Of a stretch of DNA of 64,000 nucleotides, positions 47,767 to 55,863 are shown in pieces. A model generated the notes under the pieces. It had not been told where the DNA came from. It did not search any database and saw nothing but the letters and a program-made list of their open reading frames with translations. Position numbers and translations under genes: made by a program. Source of the DNA: Spirochaetales bacterium (GTDB lineage Bacteria; Spirochaetota; Spirochaetia; JABEVK01); NCBI GenBank assembly GCA_037142615.1, contig JBAXAI010000011.1, forward strand, positions 51,418-115,417, read 5' to 3'. Position 1 is the first letter of the stretch. Every line of letters begins with the position of its first letter.

Positions 47767-49245
47767 ATGAACGTCAAGCTCCGGCAGCATCTCGACCGCA
47801 TCGACGCGGTCCTGGCCAACGGAAAGTACAAAGACACCTGGCAATCACTGGCCGAATACCCTGTGCCCGAATGGTATGCCAAGGCCAAGTTCGGCATCTT
47901 CATCCATTGGGGGGTGTACAGCGTTCCGGCCTTCGGCAACGAGTGGTACCCGCACAACATGTACCTCAAGGGTTCGAGCGAGTACGAGCATCACCTCGTC
48001 CACTACGGTGACCACAAGAGTTTTGGCTACAAGGACTTCATCCCCTTGTTCCGAGGCGAACACTTCAGCGCCCAACGGTGGGTAGAACTGTTCCGGCGGG
48101 CCGGTGCCAAATACATCATGCCGGTGGCCGAGCACCACGATGGCTTTCAGATGTACGCCAGCGAGCTCTCGCGCTGGAACGCCGCCGAAATGGGGCCCCA
48201 GCGCGACGTGTTGGGCGAGCTCAAGGCGGCGGCCGAAGCGGCCGGTCTGGTGTTCTGCGCCTCCAACCACCGCGCCGAAAACTACTGGTTCTTTGGTCCT
48301 GGCCGTGAGTTTGACTCGGGCCTTTCCCCGGGCACCCACGAACCCTACGGCTGCGCCGACCCGAGCTACAATCGCCGCGAACACCTGTTGTGGGACGACC
48401 TTCGGGGGCCCGCACCCACCAAGGTGCATCTGGACGACTGGCTGGCCCGGGCCTGCGAGCTGGTCGACAAGTACCAGCCCAAGGTCGTCTGGTTCGACTG
48501 GTGGATCCAGCACCTGGCCTTCAAGCCCTACCTCAAAAAGTTCGCGGCCTATTACTACAACCGGGCTCTGGAATGGGGCGTCGAAGTGGCAATCAACCAA
48601 AAGTACGATGCCTTCCTCTACTCCAGCGCCGTCTACGATATCGAGCGGGGCCAACTCAGCGGCATCCGCCCCCGCCTGTGGCAGTGCGATACCGCCATCG
48701 CGAAAAACTCCTGGGGCTACACCACCGGCAATGAGTTCAAGGACCCGGTGGAACTCGTGTGCGACCTGATCGATGTAGTGAGCAAGAACGGCTGTTTTCT
48801 GCTCAACGTGGGCCCCAAGGCCGATGGCAGTATTACCGACGAGGAGACCGAGGTGCTTCTGGGCATCGGCGACTGGTTGAAGGTCAACGGCGAAGCGATT
48901 TACGACACCACGTTCTGGAACACTCACGGGGAAGGAGAAACCCCGGTTCCTGAAGGGGATTTTTCGGATGGAAAGCGGTCAGCCTACAACAGCACCGATC
49001 TGCGATTCACCTTCAAGGCCCCCTACCTGTACGTTCACGTGCTGAAGTGGCCGGTCGCCGGCGAGGTGGTCGTCACCTCTTTGGGGGCCAAGAGCCAGCA
49101 CTTCCGGGGCTCCATCGAAGCCGTCGAGCTGGTGGGGTTTCCCTACCCGGCAACGTTCACCCGCACCGACCAAGGCTTACAGGTTCGGGTAGCAGGGGCG
49201 CTGGAGACCCGGTACCCGGTTTGCTTGCGGATCACGCTGGAATGA
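47767..49245 (+). CDS. GH29 alpha-L-fucosidase
   Basis: AKFGIFIHWG.YSVP, EWY, AEHHDGF, WFDWW, DIERG, SKNG..LLNVGP, NGEAIY. Confidence 0.92.
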   Translation: MNVKLRQHLDRIDAVLANGKYKDTWQSLAEYPVPEWYAKAKFGIFIHWGVYSVPAFGNEWYPHNMYLKGSSEYEHHLVHYGDHKSFGYKDFIPLFRGEHFSAQRWVELFRRAGAKYIMPVAEHHDGFQMYASELSRWNAAEMGPQRDVLGELKAAAEAAGLVFCASNHRAENYWFFGPGREFDSGLSPGTHEPYGCADPSYNRREHLLWDDLRGPAPTKVHLDDWLARACELVDKYQPKVVWFDWWIQHLAFKPYLKKFAAYYYNRALEWGVEVAINQKYDAFLYSSAVYDIERGQLSGIRPRLWQCDTAIAKNSWGYTTGNEFKDPVELVCDLIDVVSKNGCFLLNVGPKADGSITDEETEVLLGIGDWLKVNGEAIYDTTFWNTHGEGETPVPEGDFSDGKRSAYNSTDLRFTFKAPYLYVHVLKWPVAGEVVVTSLGAKSQHFRGSIEAVELVGFPYPATFTRTDQGLQVRVAGALETRYPVCLRITLE

Positions 49246-51848
49246 GAGCCCTCGGCCTGCGCTGCGAGTACCGGGAAAATCCCGAGGGACTGGACGTCGC
49301 CAGGCCGCGACTAAGCTGGGTGCTCGAGGCCCAGGAGCGCAACCAGGTACAGCGGGCCTACCAGGTCAGGGTGTCGGCGGCCGGGCTCCTGTGGGATTCG
49401 GGCAAACGGGAATCTTCGGAGCAGAACCAGATCGAGTACGCGGGCCCCACGCTGTTGTCGCACCAGAAATGCACCTGGTCGGTGCGGGTATGGGACAAAG
49501 CCGACCAACCCGGTCCCTGGAGTCCTCCCGCGAGCTGGAGCATGGGCATTCTGGAGCCGCAAGACTGGAAGGCTCAGTGGATCTGTGCGCCCACGGCCAC
49601 CCGACTGCCGCTGTTCCGGCAGGAGTTTGAGGTAAACGGGCCTGTTGATCGCGCCATCCTCTACGCCTGCGGCCTGGGTTTTCACGAAGTGACCGTCAAC
49701 GGGGTGATCGCCACCGACCTTTTCGAGCCGGGGTGGACCAACTACCGCAAAACCTGCCTCTACAGCGCGGTCGACGTCACGTCTCTGCTCAAGCCCAAAG
49801 GCAATACCGTGGGCGTCCTGCTCGGCAACGGGATGTACCACGTCCCCGGCGGGCGCTACGCAAAGTTCACCGGTTCTTTCGGCCAGCCCAAGGTCCTGTT
49901 GCAGTTGCACCTCGAGTACACGGATGGCACCGTGGGTGAGTTCGGCACCGACGCCGGTTGGCGTACTTCGCCGGGTGCCCTGGAGTTTTCATGCATCTAC
50001 GGCGGTGAGGATTACGATGCCAGACGCGAGTTGCCGGGGTGGGATGCGGCGGGCTTCGATGACTCGCGGTGGGAGTACGCCACCATAACGCAGGGGCCGG
50101 GCGGAAGGCTTTCTTCGGCCGCTGCGCCCCCCATCCAGGTGAAGCAGACCTTTGTGCCGGTGAGTGTGACCCGGCCCGTCGATGGGGTTCTCGTCTACGA
50201 TCTGGGCCAAAACTTCGCCGGTCGTCCGTGTCTCGAGGCTTGGGGCCCTCGGGGGGCCGTGCTGAAACTCCTACCCGGCGAACTATTGGACGAAGCGGGG
50301 TTGGTCACCCAGCGCAGTTGCGGCGGGCCAACTTGGTTCGGCTATACGCTCAAAGGCGGCGAGCTCGAACACTGGCGTCCGCGGTTCACTTACACCGGCT
50401 TCCGCTACCTGCAAGTAGAAGGAGCAGGCGACCTGGAGCTGCTGGAAATCCGGGGCGAAAGCACGCACTCCAGCGCGCAGGTAGTCGGCGCTTTTGAGTG
50501 CTCCAACCCACTGGTCAACCAGATTCACACGCTCATCCTCGCGTCGATGGAAAGCAACCTTCAAAGTGTGTTGACCGACTGCCCTCACCGCGAAAAACTG
50601 GGCTGGCTGGAAGTGACTCATCTGCTGGGCGACGCGCTGATGAAAAACTACGATCTGGCTCAGTTCTACACGAAGGTACAGCAGGATATCGCCGATGCGC
50701 AACTCGAAAACGGCCTCGTAACGGGCATCGCACCCGAAATGACCGTTTTCAGCGGTGGCTTCCGCGACTCACCCGAGTGGGGAAGTGCCTGCGTGATCAA
50801 CCCCTGGAACCTGTGGTTGACGTACGCTGACCGGCGAGTCCTGGAAGCGTCCTACGAGTCGATGTGCCGGTACGTCGACTACCTCGACACTACGGCTTTG
50901 GGCAACCTGCTTTGGCACGGCCTGGGCGACTGGTACGACGTTGGTCCCGGCGAGCCAGGAGGGTCCAAGCTGACCCCAAAAGGGCTGACAGCCTCGGCTA
51001 TTTACTTTCAGGACCTCACCATCCTGCGGGAAGTTGCCCTCCTTTTGGGAAAACCAAGAGACGCTGAGGCCTTCCAAACGCGGGCCCTGGCCGTGAAGCT
51101 CGCGTTTCAGGCGACCTTCTTCGACCGGGTGGCCGGCAGCTATGGCGGGACAAGCCAAACCGCCAATTCCATGCCCCTGGTTCTCGGTCTGGCCGACGAA
51201 ACCGAGCGCCCAAAGGTACTCGAGAGTCTTCTCGACTTGCTGCGCAAAGGTGGCGGACAAGTCACGGCCGGAGACGTCGGTTTTTCCTACCTCGTAAGCG
51301 CCTTGACCGAGGCGGAAGCGGCCGACAGCCTGTACCAACTGATGTGTCAGACCGCCGGCCCGGGCTACGCGCGCCAACTCGAGCGCGGCGCCACCTCGCT
51401 CACCGAGGCTTGGGACGCCAATCCTGCCTCCTCGCAGAACCATTGCATGCTTGGCCATGCCGACGCCTGGCTCTACCGCGGTCTGGCAGGTATCCGGATC
51501 GATGAGTCAGCGCCGGGCTATCGTCACTTTGTGCTTAGGCCGCAGTTTCCTGCGGGCTTGACTTGGGTGAAGGCAACCTACGAGTCGATCCGGGGTACAA
51601 TTCTGAGCCACTGGCGCCAACAAGACGGCTACACCACCTGGAAACTCCAGATTCCCCCGAACACCACGGCCACTGTCTGCTTTCCTGGGGCCGAGCCAGC
51701 CGGCATCATGGAAGGCACAAGACCGCTTGGCGATGTCGAGTCGGTCCGAGACGTGTTGGCTGGCGCCGCCTTTGTTCAGTGTGAGCTGAGTTCCGGTGAG
51801 TTCTGCTTCGTGTGGCCCCACCAGGCCGGCCCCAGGGTCAGCCTGTGA
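49242..51848 (+). CDS. GH78 alpha-L-rhamnosidase
   Basis: ATGA overlap; PRLSW, DLGQNFAG, FTYTGFRY, TDCPHREKLGWL, GDW, TSLTEAW, SQNHCMLG. Confidence 0.92.
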   Translation: MRALGLRCEYRENPEGLDVARPRLSWVLEAQERNQVQRAYQVRVSAAGLLWDSGKRESSEQNQIEYAGPTLLSHQKCTWSVRVWDKADQPGPWSPPASWSMGILEPQDWKAQWICAPTATRLPLFRQEFEVNGPVDRAILYACGLGFHEVTVNGVIATDLFEPGWTNYRKTCLYSAVDVTSLLKPKGNTVGVLLGNGMYHVPGGRYAKFTGSFGQPKVLLQLHLEYTDGTVGEFGTDAGWRTSPGALEFSCIYGGEDYDARRELPGWDAAGFDDSRWEYATITQGPGGRLSSAAAPPIQVKQTFVPVSVTRPVDGVLVYDLGQNFAGRPCLEAWGPRGAVLKLLPGELLDEAGLVTQRSCGGPTWFGYTLKGGELEHWRPRFTYTGFRYLQVEGAGDLELLEIRGESTHSSAQVVGAFECSNPLVNQIHTLILASMESNLQSVLTDCPHREKLGWLEVTHLLGDALMKNYDLAQFYTKVQQDIADAQLENGLVTGIAPEMTVFSGGFRDSPEWGSACVINPWNLWLTYADRRVLEASYESMCRYVDYLDTTALGNLLWHGLGDWYDVGPGEPGGSKLTPKGLTASAIYFQDLTILREVALLLGKPRDAEAFQTRALAVKLAFQATFFDRVAGSYGGTSQTANSMPLVLGLADETERPKVLESLLDLLRKGGGQVTAGDVGFSYLVSALTEAEAADSLYQLMCQTAGPGYARQLERGATSLTEAWDANPASSQNHCMLGHADAWLYRGLAGIRIDESAPGYRHFVLRPQFPAGLTWVKATYESIRGTILSHWRQQDGYTTWKLQIPPNTTATVCFPGAEPAGIMEGTRPLGDVESVRDVLAGAAFVQCELSSGEFCFVWPHQAGPRVSL

Positions 51849-53152
51849 TTCTGGAACCCATCCGTCGGGCCCTGAAGCTCGATCACCTCAAGAGCGAAGA
51901 CCGAAACGCCTCGTTCCTGATCGCCGAAATCTTCTGGTCCTCGATTCTCGGGTGTGCCGCGAGCTTTTTCGCCGCCTTTGCCTTGCGTTTGGGCGCGAGC
52001 AATACCGATATCGGACTGCTCAGTTCCATTCCTCCGTTGCTGGTCATCCTCGTTGCTCTGCCAGCCGGGCGTTTTTTGCAGGGGGTTCACAATCCGCGCA
52101 AGTGGATTCTCGGGGGGCTCGCGGTGCACCGGGCGCTCTACACGTTTATCTTCCTGGTGCCATTTTTTGCGGGGCTGGGCCTTCCACTGGGCACCATCGC
52201 CGTGTGGATCTTCATCCTGATCGGTCTACCGGGCCATCTGTTCAACATCGGTTTTGTGTCGCTGTTGGCCGATGTGGTGAGCGAGCAACGCAGGGCTGCC
52301 GTATTTTCGGCCCGAGGCATCGTCAACAACGCCGCCTCGGCGCTGCTCATTTTCGCGTTTGGGGTGTGGCTCAAGGAAGCCCCCTTTCCCTGGAGCTATC
52401 AGGCCATGTTCGGGTTCGGCATTGTCACGTCGTTCATCAGTGTCCGTTACCTGGCCCGAATCGAGGTGCCCGCCCGCGCTCCCCATCCCCCGACCCCACT
52501 CTCGCTGTCCGACGAACTACGCAAGATCAAGTTCGCCTTGGTGCACAACGCAGCGTTCCGTTCGCTCGTTCGCAACACCTTCTTGCAGTCGCTGATGCTC
52601 TGGATGTCGGGGCCCCTTTTTATTCTCTACTATATCAAGACCTGTGGTGCGGATGAGGGCTGGCTTGGCGTCAACGGGACGGTTTCGGGCCTGGTGACGA
52701 TCGCCTCGTTCGTGCTGTGGCGACGCTGGATGCACCGGTTCGGCGAGAGCACCATTCTGAAGGTCACCATGGTCCTTGCAGGCACCTTCCCGCTGCTGGT
52801 GGGTGCCACCACCTCGCTGACCTTGATTGTCGCGGCCAATGCCCTCAATGCCTTTGCCAACGCCGGTGTCGGCCTGAGCCATTTCAATACCCTGCTCAAG
52901 GTGATGCCCGAAAAAAGCCGCACCGAGTACACCGCCTATTGGTCAATCCTGATGAATGCCGGGGCGTTCGCCGCACCCATGCTCGGCGTGCTGTTGGCCG
53001 GGTGGTTCGGCCTGGCACCGACCCTGTTGTTCTGCGGCGCCGTTTCTACCGTCGGTGCGCTCAGCTTCACGCTTTGGCCGGTGCGCGTCCCTTCGAGCGA
53101 TACAAACAAAATCACCAGCGTTGCCAACAATCCCCCGAAGGCGGGTTGGTGA
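51845..53152 (+). CDS. MFS transporter
   Basis: GTGA overlap; about 12 TM segments with LGAS...IGL and MPEKSR..Y motifs. Confidence 0.8.
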   Translation: MILEPIRRALKLDHLKSEDRNASFLIAEIFWSSILGCAASFFAAFALRLGASNTDIGLLSSIPPLLVILVALPAGRFLQGVHNPRKWILGGLAVHRALYTFIFLVPFFAGLGLPLGTIAVWIFILIGLPGHLFNIGFVSLLADVVSEQRRAAVFSARGIVNNAASALLIFAFGVWLKEAPFPWSYQAMFGFGIVTSFISVRYLARIEVPARAPHPPTPLSLSDELRKIKFALVHNAAFRSLVRNTFLQSLMLWMSGPLFILYYIKTCGADEGWLGVNGTVSGLVTIASFVLWRRWMHRFGESTILKVTMVLAGTFPLLVGATTSLTLIVAANALNAFANAGVGLSHFNTLLKVMPEKSRTEYTAYWSILMNAGAFAAPMLGVLLAGWFGLAPTLLFCGAVSTVGALSFTLWPVRVPSSDTNKITSVANNPPKAGW

Positions 53153-53189
53153 GGCGGTTGTAAACTCAAGGCAGTACAAGGAGTCACAC

Positions 53190-54521
53190 ATGCCCAAAGT
53201 CACGTTTATCGGCGCCGGAAGCACGGTGTTCGCCAAGAACATTCTCGGAGACTGCTTGTCTTCACCTCAGATCAGCGCCAACCTCGAGCTCGCCCTGTAC
53301 GACATCGACGGCGTCAGGCTTGCCGAGTCGCTCCAAATGGTCGAAACCCTCAACAGGAACCTTGTTGGTGGCAGGGCCCGCATCAAGGCGTACCTGGGCA
53401 CCGAAAACCGCAAAGAGGCCCTGCGCGGCGCCCATTACGTGGTCAACGCCATCCAGGTGGGCGGTTACGAGCCTTCCACCGTGATCGACTTCGAGATTCC
53501 CAAGAAGTACGGCTTGCGCCAAACCATCGCCGACACCCTGGGAATCGGGGGCCTGTTCCGGGCCCTTCGGACAATCCCTGTCTTGATGGACCTTGCCGAT
53601 GACATCCTGGAGGTTTGTCCCGAGGTCTGGTTCCTGAACTATAGCAATCCGATGGCGATGCTCACGATGGCCCTGTTGCGCCGGGGCATCAAGACCGTTG
53701 GCCTGTGCCACAGCGTGCAGGTGTGCGCCGACCACTTGCTCAGCTCGCTCGATCTGCCCACCGACAATCTGCAGTGGAAAATCGCCGGCATCAATCACAT
53801 GGCGTGGCTGCTCGAGCTCTCGCGCGGGGGCGTCGATCTTTACCCCGAGGTCAAGCGCCGGGCGGCGGCCAAGAACGCGGCAGCCCTGGCCGAGGGTGGA
53901 ACCAAACACGACGACATGGTTCGCTTTGAAATGCTGCGGCGCTTTGGCTACTACATCACAGAGTCGTCAGAGCACAACGCCGAGTACACGCCCTACTGGA
54001 TCAAGTCGAAGTACCCGCAGCTGGTCGATCAGTACAACATTCCTCTGGATGAGTACCCCCGTCGATGCCGCGAACAGATCACCCGCTGGGCCCAAATGCG
54101 TGACGATATCCTGATGGACCACACCCTGACTCACCAGCGGAGTCTCGAATACGGCTCGCACATCATCGAGGCCATCGAGACCGACGTGCCCTATCGGATC
54201 GGTGGCAATGTTCTCAACGACGGGCTCATCACCAACCTGCCCAGCGAAGCGGTTGTCGAGGTGGCCTGCTTGGTCGACCGCAACGGGGTGCAACCCACGG
54301 TGGTGGGCAAACTTCCGGCGCACCTGGCAGCCCTCAATCTCACCAACATCAACCTGCAGATTGTCGGTGTCGAGGCGGCCCTGAGCCGAAGCCGCGAAGG
54401 CATCTACCACGCCGCCTACCTCGACCCCCACACCAGCGCCGAACTCAGCTTGGGCGACATCCAACTGCTGTGTGATGACTTGATCGCGGCGCACGGAGAC
54501 TGGCTGCCGCAGTACCGGTAG
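53190..54521 (+). CDS. melA: GH4 NAD+-dependent alpha-galactosidase
   Basis: FIGAGSTVF, DFEIPKKYGLRQTIADTLGIGG, NYSNPM, GLCHSVQ, GINHMAW, TESSEH.AEY. Confidence 0.9.
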   Translation: MPKVTFIGAGSTVFAKNILGDCLSSPQISANLELALYDIDGVRLAESLQMVETLNRNLVGGRARIKAYLGTENRKEALRGAHYVVNAIQVGGYEPSTVIDFEIPKKYGLRQTIADTLGIGGLFRALRTIPVLMDLADDILEVCPEVWFLNYSNPMAMLTMALLRRGIKTVGLCHSVQVCADHLLSSLDLPTDNLQWKIAGINHMAWLLELSRGGVDLYPEVKRRAAAKNAAALAEGGTKHDDMVRFEMLRRFGYYITESSEHNAEYTPYWIKSKYPQLVDQYNIPLDEYPRRCREQITRWAQMRDDILMDHTLTHQRSLEYGSHIIEAIETDVPYRIGGNVLNDGLITNLPSEAVVEVACLVDRNGVQPTVVGKLPAHLAALNLTNINLQIVGVEAALSRSREGIYHAAYLDPHTSAELSLGDIQLLCDDLIAAHGDWLPQYR

Positions 54522-54524
54522 GCA

Positions 54525-54542
54525 GGCGGGGGCCATCCCGCC
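54525..54542 (+). terminator. GC hairpin after the GH4 gene
   Basis: GGCGGG...CCCGCC stem; no clear U tract. Confidence 0.3.
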
Positions 54543-54547
54543 AAGCT

Positions 54548-55726
54548 TGGCTAGGGAAACCTGTCATCAAGGTCTTGTCGGGAATGCGGCGCTCAGGCAA
54601 GAGCACCCTCCTGGACTTGCTGGCTCGCCACCTGAAGGAACAGGGGCGCCCCGCCCCGCTCAAGGTCAATCTGGAAGAGATGGTTCACGGCGACCTCGGC
54701 GATGCCCAGGCGCTGTACCGTTACTGCAAGTCGGTCTTCCCATCGCCCGATTTGAGCCAGGTTCTCATGCTGGATGAGGTCCAGGAAGTTCCGGGCTGGG
54801 AGCGGTGCGTTAACTCCCTGCTTGCCGAAGGCTGGTGTGATCTTGTGGTCACCGGGTCCAATGCCCACCTTTTCTCGGCGGGACTCGCAACACTTCTTTC
54901 TGGGCGGTTTGTGATCCTTCCCGTCTACCCACTTTCTTTTCAGGAGTACTGCTCGTTTCGGGCTTGCACGGCCTCCGAGGCCGCCTTCCTGGATTGGCTT
55001 CGTTGGGGTGGCTTGCCCGGCCTCCATCGGCTGGGGTACCAGGAGCTGACCCAGGATTCCCCCGAACTGGGGCGTGACTACCTCAAGTCGATTCTCGATA
55101 CGGTCGTGCTCAAAGACGTGATTGAGCGCCATCCCGTCCGTGACGCGGCGTTCTTGGCGCAATTGCTGCGGTTTGTCATGGGCAATCTGGGGAACTTGGT
55201 GTCGGCCAAGTCGATCGCCGATTGGGTCAAGTCAGAACGACGAACCGTGTCGGTCGAGACCGTGCAAAACTACTTGGCGCACTTGGGCGATGCGCAACTG
55301 GTTTACCCGGTTCAGCGCTTTGACATCAAGGGTAAAGCGCTGTTGGCGTATCAAGAAAAGGTCTTCGTTGCCGACCTTGGCCTCAGGCATGCCTTGGTGC
55401 CGTGGACTCTGGGCGACCTTGGCGGGATGCTCGAAAACGTCGTCTACTTGGAACTGATCCGCCGGGGGATGCGGGTCACGGTCGGCAAACTCGGAGACCG
55501 CGAGATTGACTTCGTGGCTGAACAGGGCGAAGCCCGGCTGTACCTTCAAGTGGCCTACCTGCTGGCCACTCCCGAAACCATCGAGCGTGAGTTTCAGCCG
55601 CTCGAAGACATCCGTGATCACTTCCCCAAGCTGGTGCTGTCGATGGACCGCTTCAACCAAGGAGGCCGCAACGGCGTGCTGCACCGGTATCTGCCGGAAT
55701 GGTTGGTAACTCGAGGGTCCGTTTGA
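54548..55726 (+). CDS. AAA_14 ATPase with DUF4143-type C-terminus, apparently 5'-truncated
   Basis: GKPVIKVL-GMRRSGKST, LDEVQ, TGSNA, LENVVYLEL, EIDF, YLQV. The first start codon (TTG 54575) falls after the strand that precedes Walker A. Confidence 0.75.
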   Translation, partial: WLGKPVIKVLSGMRRSGKSTLLDLLARHLKEQGRPAPLKVNLEEMVHGDLGDAQALYRYCKSVFPSPDLSQVLMLDEVQEVPGWERCVNSLLAEGWCDLVVTGSNAHLFSAGLATLLSGRFVILPVYPLSFQEYCSFRACTASEAAFLDWLRWGGLPGLHRLGYQELTQDSPELGRDYLKSILDTVVLKDVIERHPVRDAAFLAQLLRFVMGNLGNLVSAKSIADWVKSERRTVSVETVQNYLAHLGDAQLVYPVQRFDIKGKALLAYQEKVFVADLGLRHALVPWTLGDLGGMLENVVYLELIRRGMRVTVGKLGDREIDFVAEQGEARLYLQVAYLLATPETIEREFQPLEDIRDHFPKLVLSMDRFNQGGRNGVLHRYLPEWLVTRGSV

Positions 55727-55739
55727 GTTTCGCGGCAAA

Positions 55740-55844
55740 GAACCGATCAGGGAGTCCTAGGACCGGGAGAACTTCCACTGCGGTGAACCAGCGCTGAATG
55801 AGTTTCTGCACCACCACGCCCGAATTTCATCGCGCAACCGATAG
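55740..55844 (+). pseudogene. Remnant of a GNAT acetyltransferase toxin (TacT/AtaT-like N-terminus)
   Basis: Translates EPIRES*DRENFHCGEPALNEFLHHHAR, matching the family pattern EPL...HDR..F.CG...LN.FL...A; internal TAG, no start, no C-terminal part. Confidence 0.6.
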
Positions 55845-55863
55845 GAACGAGAAGTCGGTCGAG

